64,000 nt of DNA from an uncultured Gammaproteobacteria bacterium (GTDB lineage Bacteria; Patescibacteriota; Microgenomatia; UBA8517): NCBI GenBank assembly GCA_964600575.1, contig CAZRJH010000003.1, positions 81,640-145,639 on the forward strand. The letters run 5' to 3'. How positions within the stretch are numbered: position 1 is the first letter of the stretch; every line of letters starts with the position of its first letter. Position numbers and translations under genes: made by a program. Shown piece after piece: positions 28,211 to 37,315 of the stretch. The notes under the pieces were generated by a model that did no database searches, was not told the origin of the DNA, and saw nothing but the letters and a program-made list of their open reading frames with translations.

Positions 28211-29221
28211 ATGAAAAAAATTTCTAAAGCTGTTTATTTGCTTTTCCCTTTTTTCTCGGTATTGTCCTTGGCTGCGCTTTTTATAGAAAGCGTAACTTAT
28301 TCTGGTTTTTTTGCTAAATATGTTTTGTTGGATGCAAAGCTGATAATGATTTTTGACATAGCTTTGGGTCTCTTCTTGGTTATGGGTAAAAATGGTTTCG
28401 ATGTTCAAAAATCCAGTGTATACAACGGTTTACACAGCCTTGTTTTTCATCTTAGTTACTTGTTCTCACCAGTTCTAGTCCTTTTTTATTACTTGATGGT
28501 CTCTGTTGAGACTACAAACTATCCAAATTTTGTTTTCTCAAGCTACCATATTATCCCTGACAATTTTATGTATTTGGTTTTTTTGGATGTATACCTGGTG
28601 GTACTTGGTGTTTTGGTCGAAAAACCTCATTTGAAGGCACTTTTACCTAAGTTTTATAACTCAATTAATGACGACCGCGAGGACAAACTGATAAACTCTT
28701 CAAGAGTATTGCTTGGTCTCCAATCTTTGATTGTAATATTTGTTTTAAGTAATTTTGCCAAAACATCGCGTGAAATTCTAAAAAGTAATATTTTTATTTT
28801 TCATAATTTGAATTATTCATATGACCAAAAAATGACTTCAAGTTGGAACGATTTTTACAGGTTCATGTTTTTAGTTAAAAAAGTAACCCCCGAAAACTCA
28901 GTAATAGCGATACCGCCTTCCGTGAGACCTTGGTTATCTGAGGGAAATAGCGTTTTGGTCCGGTATTTTCTCTATCCTAGAAAGTTGATCTCGCCGGATG
29001 AACCAAAAACACAAAATCTAACCCCTCAATATTATTTATTGGCAAAAGGGTTGTGGAAGGCAAGCAACCCCGAAGATTACGGCTGGCCAAAAATTAGAAT
29101 TGATTCAGAAGAGATTTTCTATTTTGATTTAGCATCGGGTAAAGTAGTCGCTAAGAAATCGGGTTATAATCCGGAAGACCTAGCTAATAAGGATGCTTGG
29201 GGTGTAATAAAAACTAAATAA
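28211..29221 (+). CDS. Hypothetical membrane protein with a soluble C-terminal domain
   Basis: About 5 TM segments followed by a hydrophilic domain (VKKVTPENSVIAIP...RYFLYPRKL). Confidence 0.75.
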   Translation: MKKISKAVYLLFPFFSVLSLAALFIESVTYSGFFAKYVLLDAKLIMIFDIALGLFLVMGKNGFDVQKSSVYNGLHSLVFHLSYLFSPVLVLFYYLMVSVETTNYPNFVFSSYHIIPDNFMYLVFLDVYLVVLGVLVEKPHLKALLPKFYNSINDDREDKLINSSRVLLGLQSLIVIFVLSNFAKTSREILKSNIFIFHNLNYSYDQKMTSSWNDFYRFMFLVKKVTPENSVIAIPPSVRPWLSEGNSVLVRYFLYPRKLISPDEPKTQNLTPQYYLLAKGLWKASNPEDYGWPKIRIDSEEIFYFDLASGKVVAKKSGYNPEDLANKDAWGVIKTK

Positions 29222-29224
29222 CCA

Positions 29225-30568
29225 ATGTTTACCTCATTTATAACTATATTCATTTTTGCACTGATAACTTTGTTTGGTTATTTTGTTGTCAACATAATCC
29301 AGGGGCGTAATTTACAGTTTTTAGAAAAGTTAGCATTGGGTTTTCTTGTTGGTATCGGTTTTCATACGCTTGTACTATTTATCTTAAACATATTTGGATA
29401 CAAGTTTTCTCCTGGCAACGCCTTTTTTGTTTTGACCATGGAAGTGGTGTTTGCAATATTTTTGAATTTATTAAGTTCGAAGTTTAGAGTTAACGGAAAT
29501 AAAAAGAATACTAAATTAGACGACAAACTCGATTTGTTAGAAAAGCTTGGTTTCTCTTTGCTTGCGATCCTTTTTATGTCTTCGTTAGCTCACAACCTTT
29601 ATTGGCCCATCGCCGACTGGGACGCACTTACGTTGTATGATTTTCGGGCGAGGGTGTTTGCAGAAACAGGATTCATGGATCAAGTATTATCGATTCATAG
29701 GTATTATTTGGGGTATCCGTTGTTTACCTCGATAACTCACACCGTTGTATATTTATATGGTTCCACAAACGCTCATTTTGTTTATTCACTTTTCTACGGC
29801 TCTTTCATCCTTCTATTTTTTAAAAGGCTTTCTGTTGTTGTTCAAAGAAAAAAAGCACTATTCTTTGCATTGGCTTTGGCGCTGACGGGTGAAATATATT
29901 CTCATTCCACATTGGCATACACAAATTTGCCATACACCATTTATTATTCGTTAGGTTTAATTTATCTTTTTTCTTGGCTTAGAACTAAATCGATTGGCGA
30001 TCTAATAACTTCGGCCTTGTTAGTGGGGCTTAGCAGTTGGGTAAGAAGCTCGGAGCCATTTTGGGTCGCTCCCGTTATAGTGGTGGCATTGGTAACTTTC
30101 GTTGAACGTAGTTGGGGTAAGGGTTTATTTTATGCATTGGCTGTGTTGGGTTTCAAAGCTCCGTGGAACGCTTTTCTGAGAAGCTTTTATCCCGACACGA
30201 CATCTTCTTGGGTTGTGCAGCAAAAGGTTGATTTATATTTATTATTTTACAGGTTTATTGAGGTCGCCACTTATGTTGCTAAAAATGTTATCAAAAAAGA
30301 AATGCTGCTGTATGCCATGTTTGCTCTAAGTTTGTTTTTGATAAAGAAGAAAGAAAAATCTACAAAAATATTTGCCAGTATTATTATTTTAAACATGTTA
30401 ATAGTTTTTGGTGGAATATATGTATATAGCTTCGTCTATGCTAAATGGGTTTTGGTAGGGGACTCTGTTTCTAGAATGTCGATGATTTTTATACCTTTAG
30501 TTATTTTCTTTCTTGCACTTTTTTTCAACGATGAAAACCCTGCTAAGGCCAGGTCTAAAAAGAAATGA
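29225..30568 (+). CDS. GT-C-like membrane glycosyltransferase
   Basis: WPIADWDALTLYDFRAR, YPLF, WVRSSEP; about 12 TM segments; no soluble C-terminal domain. Confidence 0.7.
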   Translation: MFTSFITIFIFALITLFGYFVVNIIQGRNLQFLEKLALGFLVGIGFHTLVLFILNIFGYKFSPGNAFFVLTMEVVFAIFLNLLSSKFRVNGNKKNTKLDDKLDLLEKLGFSLLAILFMSSLAHNLYWPIADWDALTLYDFRARVFAETGFMDQVLSIHRYYLGYPLFTSITHTVVYLYGSTNAHFVYSLFYGSFILLFFKRLSVVVQRKKALFFALALALTGEIYSHSTLAYTNLPYTIYYSLGLIYLFSWLRTKSIGDLITSALLVGLSSWVRSSEPFWVAPVIVVALVTFVERSWGKGLFYALAVLGFKAPWNAFLRSFYPDTTSSWVVQQKVDLYLLFYRFIEVATYVAKNVIKKEMLLYAMFALSLFLIKKKEKSTKIFASIIILNMLIVFGGIYVYSFVYAKWVLVGDSVSRMSMIFIPLVIFFLALFFNDENPAKARSKKK

Positions 30569-31647
30569 CAAACATACTTTTTGTGGGTTTTGGATTATCG
30601 AAATCAAGGCACGAAGCCGTTTCTAAAAACACGATTTCTTTAATAAAAATTTTAGGCACCAGCTCTAAAGCAAGTATTTACAACATCGGTTATTCTAGAG
30701 GAAAGAAGTCGGGTATCTTAACAATGTTCGCGGCCGTTTTAAACTATAAAAAAATTAGGTCTGACATTGTCAAAATCTCAAAGAGGAGGAAGATTACGCA
30801 CTTATACGATACATTTGTGATGCCGGGGGCTTCGCTCATATTTACACTTCCGCTTAAGCATGAACTACCAAATATCTCTTTTATAAAAGAGATTCATAAT
30901 AACTACGGGTTTTCCAAGAGTCGCGAACCGGAAAGTCTTATAAGGTTTTTTTTAAATACAAGATGGCAGCTAAAGAAAATAATAAGCGGTTTCGATAAGA
31001 TAGTTGCAAGGAATTTATACTTGGCAAAAAAACATCGGGGTATATATCTGCCTCCGTTGATAAATATTTTTCCTCATAAAAGACGAAGTTCGAACAGAAA
31101 AAAGCTTAGATTTTGTTACCTAGGACATTCTATGAAAAAGAAAGGCCTGGACGAACTATTGAGGTTGTTGTCGATTTTGCCGAAGTCTTTAATAAGTGAG
31201 GTCGTTTTTACTTTTGCTTTGAGTCCTATAGGAAAACCCGAATTTTTTAGGAAAAAAATAGAAGAGATATCAATTAAAAAAAATATCAGTTCTGTCTGTG
31301 TAACACATGTTAAACCTGAAGTTTTTTTTAGGCAGCAGGATGTTTTGTGCCTACCGCTAAGAGATGAGTTTGGCTCTGCCGGAGGTTTCAATACGGCACT
31401 TGAAGCAATGGAGGCTGGTTGTTTGGTTTTAACTACCTCGACAAAAATATCAAAATCAATAATTCAAAACAATAAAAACGGGTTCTTAGTTAAAAAAGGG
31501 GATGCCGTTTCAATTCTTAAAGTATTGAAAAAAATCGTAAGGAAACAAATCTCGATTTCACGGATTACAGAAAAGGCCAGGGCTGATATAATTGGAAACC
31601 ATTCAATGGAAGAGGTAAGAAAAGTATTATTAAATATTTATGAGTAA
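30565..31647 (+). CDS. GT4 glycosyltransferase
   Basis: YLGH-x3-KG, LPLRDEFG...NTALEAMEAG, NGFLV. Confidence 0.82.
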   Translation: MTNILFVGFGLSKSRHEAVSKNTISLIKILGTSSKASIYNIGYSRGKKSGILTMFAAVLNYKKIRSDIVKISKRRKITHLYDTFVMPGASLIFTLPLKHELPNISFIKEIHNNYGFSKSREPESLIRFFLNTRWQLKKIISGFDKIVARNLYLAKKHRGIYLPPLINIFPHKRRSSNRKKLRFCYLGHSMKKKGLDELLRLLSILPKSLISEVVFTFALSPIGKPEFFRKKIEEISIKKNISSVCVTHVKPEVFFRQQDVLCLPLRDEFGSAGGFNTALEAMEAGCLVLTTSTKISKSIIQNNKNGFLVKKGDAVSILKVLKKIVRKQISISRITEKARADIIGNHSMEEVRKVLLNIYE

Positions 31648-32380
31648 GGCAGATTTAATAGAAATAAAAAAACACTATTCAGAAGGTGGTGTCGTAAAAG
31701 AATACAATCGAATTAGATTTGGAGGGATCGGCGGCAGATATATAAATGACAATGAGATTTCTCCAAACATAACTTTACTGAAATCTACCTTCAAAAATCC
31801 GAGCAAAATTAAAGTTTTGGATATTGGAGCAGGCAGGGGCCGTCTTTCACATCCGGTAAAAAAGTTGGGGTTTGACGTTTATTGTCTGGATTCCAGCAAG
31901 GAGATGGTTAAGGTGTTAAGAAAGGTAATTTCTAGGAAAAACATATTTATTCAATCTGCCTTCGAGAGGATAAAATCTCAAGATAAATTTAACGTTGTTA
32001 CAGCGATGAGATTTTTTGACCACTTCAAGCTTTCGGATCAAAAAAAGATTTTGCTAAACGTAAAGAAAAATATTTCAAAAAACGGTTATGTATTGTTCTC
32101 TGCACTTAATGCCCAAGGAATGGAAAGCCTGGTGTCCAGCTTGTTTTATTTCGGTAAAGTTAATTTTTATTATCCTCATAGCGATTACGAAAAGATGTTC
32201 AAAGACTGCGGTTTTAAAGTTGTGGCAAGAGAGGATAAGTTCTTTTTTCCCAGAGGAGTATTTTTACGTCTGCAAAATATATCATTTCTTGTTAAACCTG
32301 TAATATTCTTGGATATACTTCTTAGCAAGGTGTTTAAGTCGAGTTGTTCTTATTTTGTTTACCTTCTCCAAATCAAATGA
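31640..32380 (+). CDS. Class I SAM-dependent methyltransferase
   Basis: VLDIGAGRG, LDSSKEM, FNVVTAMRFFDH. Confidence 0.85.
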   Translation: MSKADLIEIKKHYSEGGVVKEYNRIRFGGIGGRYINDNEISPNITLLKSTFKNPSKIKVLDIGAGRGRLSHPVKKLGFDVYCLDSSKEMVKVLRKVISRKNIFIQSAFERIKSQDKFNVVTAMRFFDHFKLSDQKKILLNVKKNISKNGYVLFSALNAQGMESLVSSLFYFGKVNFYYPHSDYEKMFKDCGFKVVAREDKFFFPRGVFLRLQNISFLVKPVIFLDILLSKVFKSSCSYFVYLLQIK

Positions 32381-33441
32381 TCTGTATTTTCCTAGGAACA
32401 AGACCTGAGATCATTAAACTTTCACCTGTTATCAAATTGCTTATTGGTACAAACAAGAAGTTTAAAATTATTCATACCAATCAGCACTTTTCATCAAACA
32501 TGGATAGTGATTTCTTTAGATCTTTGGAAATTCCCAAGCCCGATTTTAATTTAAAAGTAAAAGAACGCACTAATAGTGCGATGGTGTCGGAAATTATTTT
32601 TAAAAGCGTAAAGGTTTTGGAAAAAATTAAACCCGATGTTGTTTTGGTTCAAGGTGATACCAACAGTGTTTTAGGCGGAGCCATATCATCAGTCAAATTG
32701 AGAATTCCTGTAGGACATGTGGAGGCAGGACTTAGGAGCTATGACGACTCCATGCCGGAGGAATTCAACAGAAGATTGACGGATCATGTGTCTTCCTTTT
32801 TATTTTGTCCGACTCGACAGCAGAAAAACATTCTATTAAAAGAGGGGATTTCGAAGCATAAAATCTTTATCACCGGCAACACAATTGTTGATGCAGTTAA
32901 AAATAACTTGGAGTTGGTAAGAGAAAATAGAACAGTGTTATCAAAATATTTACTTCTTACAGTTCATAGACCTTCAAATGTTGACGACAAAGCTACATTT
33001 ATGAAGATTATTCGTGGTATCGAAGTTCTGTCAAAAAAACTTAAAATGAACGTGGTATTTCCGGTTCACCCCAGAACTAAAAAGAAGTTGTCTGATTTTA
33101 AAATAAAATTAAATAAAGATGTTTTTAAAACTCTAGAACCTGTGGGTTATCTTGAGATGTTAAATTATCAAAAAGATGCACAAATTATATTAACGGATTC
33201 GGGTGGCGTGCAGGAGGAAGCCTGCATACTCAACGTACCGTGTGTAACTATAAGGGATAATACGGAAAGGCCCGAGACAGTTGGTGTCGGTGCAAACATG
33301 CTTGCCGGTACCAACACTGACAGTATTGTTAAAAGTTCTCTACAAATGTTCAAAGCTGTACGTGGTTGGAGCAACCCTTATGGAGACGGCACATCGGCAA
33401 AAAAAATACTGAACATTTTAGACCAAAACCACCTTCTATGA
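32377..33441 (+). CDS. wecB: UDP-N-acetylglucosamine 2-epimerase (non-hydrolysing)
   Basis: GTRPEIIK, HTNQH, QGDTNS, HVEAGLRS, MPEEFNR, TVHRPSN, TDSGGVQEEA, RDNTERPET. Start placed at ATG 32377. Confidence 0.95.
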   Translation: MICIFLGTRPEIIKLSPVIKLLIGTNKKFKIIHTNQHFSSNMDSDFFRSLEIPKPDFNLKVKERTNSAMVSEIIFKSVKVLEKIKPDVVLVQGDTNSVLGGAISSVKLRIPVGHVEAGLRSYDDSMPEEFNRRLTDHVSSFLFCPTRQQKNILLKEGISKHKIFITGNTIVDAVKNNLELVRENRTVLSKYLLLTVHRPSNVDDKATFMKIIRGIEVLSKKLKMNVVFPVHPRTKKKLSDFKIKLNKDVFKTLEPVGYLEMLNYQKDAQIILTDSGGVQEEACILNVPCVTIRDNTERPETVGVGANMLAGTNTDSIVKSSLQMFKAVRGWSNPYGDGTSAKKILNILDQNHLL

Positions 33442-34607
33442 ACATTTTGTTTGTTGTAGATTATTATCAGCCGGAGATCGGATACGGTTCTTATTATATA
33501 CCAAGGGAGCTTGCCAAAAGCGGGCATAAAGTGACAATCCTTACCTCAAACTATTATTACCCATTTCCAAACTACAACGAGACGGCCGGTAAAATACTGG
33601 GACCCAGGAGGTTAAAACCAGGCACAAACCTCTCTAACGGGGTTAGGGTGGTGCGCCAGCATATGTGGTTCGAGATTTTTACTAGGGCCTTTTTTGGCGG
33701 TCATTTACAGGCGCTCCGTCGCTATAAGCCAAGTATTGTAATAGTAGACAAAACTGCGGGGTATAGTCAGGTTCTTATGTGCTTATTTAAACATGCCTAC
33801 AATTACAGACTTATTTCGATCGATGCCCACCTGCCCTCCGGTTTTGTTGCTGAAGGAAATTTGTTAGCAAAAAACCTTTTCTACTGGTTTTTCCGGTTTT
33901 TTTTCTCGGGAATTGTAAACAAAAACGTAGACAAGTTCATTGCAGTTCAGGAGGAAACAAAATCTATCATGAAAAAATATTATGGTATAAAAGGCAAGAT
34001 AGTTGACATTCCCCTAGGTACGGATATTGATGTTTTCCGTTTTAGTAAAAAGCAAAGATTAAAAGTTAGGAAAGACTTTGGGATTGGCGCCGGCGATTTT
34101 GTTGTTATATACACGGGTAAAATAATAGTCGAAAAGGGTGTTCATCTACTTTTTGAAGCAATGGATAAACTTTGCAAGAATAATAAAAACCTTAAACTTT
34201 TGCTTGTCGGTAGCGGAACAAAGGAGTATTTAGATAGTTGTTATTCAAAAATAAGTCCTAAATACAAAAAAAACATCATAGAAGCCGGATTCGTTGTAGC
34301 CAGAGACTTACCAAAATTTTATTCCGCATCGGATTTGGCGGTATGGCCCTTGCAGGAGTCTATGTCAATGAACGATGCCGCGGCTTGCTGTTTGCCATTC
34401 ATAGCAAACAACAAAATTGGTGCCAAATTTAGAATCAAAAACGACAATGCACTTCTTTATAAGAAAGGAAATAGTGACGATCTTGCCGAAAAAATCGGCT
34501 ATCTGTATCGAAATAAAACTTTGGCAAAAGAAATGGGCAACAGGGGAAGACACTTGATGGAGAAAGATCTTAGTTGGAAAAAAATTGCCGCGAGGTATAT
34601 ATCATGA
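33438..34607 (+). CDS. GT4 glycosyltransferase
   Basis: GHKVTILTS, IPLGTD, YTGKIIVEKG, YSASD. Start placed at ATG 33438 (ATGA overlap). Confidence 0.85.
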   Translation: MNILFVVDYYQPEIGYGSYYIPRELAKSGHKVTILTSNYYYPFPNYNETAGKILGPRRLKPGTNLSNGVRVVRQHMWFEIFTRAFFGGHLQALRRYKPSIVIVDKTAGYSQVLMCLFKHAYNYRLISIDAHLPSGFVAEGNLLAKNLFYWFFRFFFSGIVNKNVDKFIAVQEETKSIMKKYYGIKGKIVDIPLGTDIDVFRFSKKQRLKVRKDFGIGAGDFVVIYTGKIIVEKGVHLLFEAMDKLCKNNKNLKLLLVGSGTKEYLDSCYSKISPKYKKNIIEAGFVVARDLPKFYSASDLAVWPLQESMSMNDAAACCLPFIANNKIGAKFRIKNDNALLYKKGNSDDLAEKIGYLYRNKTLAKEMGNRGRHLMEKDLSWKKIAARYIS

Positions 34608-35746
34608 GAATAATAAAAATTGTCTTAAGGGATTTCCTAGGATTAAAGTTTAAGGTTTTTAAAAACATTCGTCATATAAAAAGTGCTGTTTCTTGGGTTA
34701 AGGAAGCCCAGTTGGTTACAGGAACGGGTGGTGTCTCTGCATGGTACAGATTTGATAAAGGTTGGGGCGAACCTTTTATAGAGACCACCGGTTATCTCAT
34801 TACTACAATGCTTGAAACTTTTTCCTTACTTAATATTAAATCCTGCCGACAAATGGCTTATTCGATGGCGGACTTCGTTGTCAAAATGCAATTACCGAGT
34901 GGAGGATTCAGAACATATATCACAAACGACAACCCTACAATATTTAACACAGCCCAAGATTTATCTGGTTTGTGTGATATATACAAATATTCCAAATTAA
35001 AGCGTTATTACTCATCCGCAAAACTAGCAGCCGATTTCTTGATAAAAAACCAAAATAAAGACGGTTCATGGGTTAAATATTCGTACGACGGAAGGTCACA
35101 CTCTTACGATAGCAAGGTCGGCCATGCCCTACTCAAATTTTATCAAATATCAAAGAAAACCAAATACAAGAAGGCTGCAGTCTTGTGTTTACATAAGGTG
35201 CTAAAATACCAAGACAACAACGGTTGGTTCAAAAATGCCGAATTACCCGGATTTGTAAACCCGCCCACTCATACAATAGCTTATGTTATAGAAGGCCTGC
35301 TGGATTCCGGAATATTACTAAAAAACAAAAATTTTATTAAGGCGGCAAGTAGGGCAGCTGACAAATTAATGCAATATTTTGAAAATAACAAATTCATGCC
35401 GGCTACTTTTAATAACATTTGGGAATCTTACGACAAATATTCTTGTCTTACCGGAAACGCTCAGATTTCGGTTGTGTGGTCGAAGCTTTACAAGATAACG
35501 AACAATAAAAAGTACTTGATAAATACAATAGAAATTAATAACTACTTAAAATCTTTACAAGATTGTAGTAGCAAGAGCAAGAATATACTGGGGGGAATTA
35601 AGGGTAGTCACCCTGTATACGGTGATTTGTTTAAAAACAAAGGTTATTGTAGATTTGCGTTTATTAATTGGGGAGCGAAATATTTTATAGATGCGTTGTT
35701 AATGGAGGAGTCAATTACAAAAGCAAAGGAGGTTTTATATGTTTAA
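34604..35746 (+). CDS. Helical-repeat (alpha/alpha barrel, prenyltransferase/squalene-cyclase repeat-like) protein of unknown function
   Basis: QW-like repeats (QLPSGGF, QNKDGSW, QDNNGWF), ETTGY, THTIAYVIEGLL, CLTGNAQ, NWGAKYFIDALL. Confidence 0.7.
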   Translation: MRIIKIVLRDFLGLKFKVFKNIRHIKSAVSWVKEAQLVTGTGGVSAWYRFDKGWGEPFIETTGYLITTMLETFSLLNIKSCRQMAYSMADFVVKMQLPSGGFRTYITNDNPTIFNTAQDLSGLCDIYKYSKLKRYYSSAKLAADFLIKNQNKDGSWVKYSYDGRSHSYDSKVGHALLKFYQISKKTKYKKAAVLCLHKVLKYQDNNGWFKNAELPGFVNPPTHTIAYVIEGLLDSGILLKNKNFIKAASRAADKLMQYFENNKFMPATFNNIWESYDKYSCLTGNAQISVVWSKLYKITNNKKYLINTIEINNYLKSLQDCSSKSKNILGGIKGSHPVYGDLFKNKGYCRFAFINWGAKYFIDALLMEESITKAKEVLYV

Positions 35747-36593
35747 TCAGATTTCCGCTTTGTGGGATGTCTTAAATCACCCTTTAAATAAGCAAAACAG
35801 ATTAAGGGCATTTTTTAGGATTATTTGGTGGAAATTAAACCAAATCATTCTAAAAATCCCGGCTATTGTTGAAATGGAAAAAGGAGTTGTTTGCGTATGC
35901 TATCCGGATAGCTCTTATAGCGGGTTGGTTGTTTACAAACGTTTGCCGGAATACAACGAAATGAAGTACGTCTACAGTAATCTGAAAGAAGGCGAAATAT
36001 TTATTGATATTGGTGCCAATATTGGTGCGGTAAGTTTACTAGCCGCCTCAAAAGTTGGCTCAAAGGGTATTGTTTATGCATTCGAACCCGACAAAAACGT
36101 ATTGCCGAGATTGTATGAAAATATAAATCTAAACAACTTTCATAATGTTGAAGTAATTAATAGTGCGGTTTCAGATAAAATTTCCAAATTAAAGTTCGTT
36201 AACGAGGGTCTTTCTGAGGTCAGCCATTTGGCTTATACCGATAAACAAAAGAACGGCAAATCTAATTTGATATCATCAACCACCCTAGATAGATTCTTAA
36301 AACAAAGAAAAATTAAAAAGATTAAGATGGTGAAAGTAGATGTTGAGGGTGCGGAAATGAAAGTTCTAAAAGGGGCTAGGAATGCGCTTTTGTCAACTAA
36401 GCTTCTGTTGATAGAAATAAATAAAAATTCAATCAAGTACGGATATACTTTCAGCCAATCGTTAAATTTTATAAAGAATCTAGGTTTCTACACCTATATA
36501 TTTGAGGCGTCCGGAAAACTTACCAAAATTGACGATCCTGTAGCGTTCGATAAATCGATAAACATTCTGGCTATAAATCAAAAATGGAAATGA
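35739..36593 (+). CDS. FkbM family methyltransferase
   Basis: FIDIGANIG, YAFEP, AVSD, TTLD, KVDVEGAE. Confidence 0.92.
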   Translation: MFNQISALWDVLNHPLNKQNRLRAFFRIIWWKLNQIILKIPAIVEMEKGVVCVCYPDSSYSGLVVYKRLPEYNEMKYVYSNLKEGEIFIDIGANIGAVSLLAASKVGSKGIVYAFEPDKNVLPRLYENINLNNFHNVEVINSAVSDKISKLKFVNEGLSEVSHLAYTDKQKNGKSNLISSTTLDRFLKQRKIKKIKMVKVDVEGAEMKVLKGARNALLSTKLLLIEINKNSIKYGYTFSQSLNFIKNLGFYTYIFEASGKLTKIDDPVAFDKSINILAINQKWK

Positions 36594-37315
36594 AAAATGT
36601 CAGGTTAACACATCCGACCTACAAAATAATGACCTCCTTTTTGGACGAATATCTAAAAGATAAAAAAAGGGTATCATTATTAGATTACGGATGTGGTAGC
36701 GGTTATTTGCTTGAGCTATTGCCGAAACGTAAGATAGCAAAATATACCGGTTACGAGACCTCGGCCAACGCTATTAGTACGGCACGGAAAAATTACGAGA
36801 AATTAAAAAATGTAAGATTTGTTAAAGTCGACGTGCAAAAACCGTTACGTTTTAATCAGAGTAAAGTCGATATTGTTATTGCAATTGGCGTTTTGCAATA
36901 CATGTCGCAGGAACAGGTGGCTAACTTTATCGTACAAGTTTCTAATATTTTAAAAAAGGGCGGCATTCTCCTTATCAGTACGGTTACTGATCATTTAGCA
37001 TATAGATTTTTCAACTTGTACGGCTTGTTTTTACCTAACAGGTTTCTTAACAAAAAGAAAACGGTGTCAGGGATTACTAAACGTGGACTTATAATTGAAA
37101 AAGTCTTTGAAAAAGGATTATTTTTTGGACCGCTTTTTTATCACAATTTGGTTTTAGCTTTTGATTTTGTTGACAAAGTACTTTTTAGGACCAAAGGTAC
37201 ATTAGGGCCATTTGGAAAAACATCCAGAAAAGCAGCTTATTTTGTTGCAGAAGCGGAATATTTACTACCATTTAATGTCGGTTATACAATGTATATAAAG
37301 GCACATAAGAAATGA
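36590..37315 (+). CDS. Class I SAM-dependent methyltransferase
   Basis: LLDYGCGSG, DIVIAIGVLQY, LKKGG. Start placed at ATG 36590 (ATGA overlap). Confidence 0.87.
   Translation: MKNVRLTHPTYKIMTSFLDEYLKDKKRVSLLDYGCGSGYLLELLPKRKIAKYTGYETSANAISTARKNYEKLKNVRFVKVDVQKPLRFNQSKVDIVIAIGVLQYMSQEQVANFIVQVSNILKKGGILLISTVTDHLAYRFFNLYGLFLPNRFLNKKKTVSGITKRGLIIEKVFEKGLFFGPLFYHNLVLAFDFVDKVLFRTKGTLGPFGKTSRKAAYFVAEAEYLLPFNVGYTMYIKAHKK

Noticed and set aside
34604-35746. Squalene-hopene cyclase
   Set aside because: It is too short for the two-domain enzyme, has no DxDD motif and sits in a glycan context.
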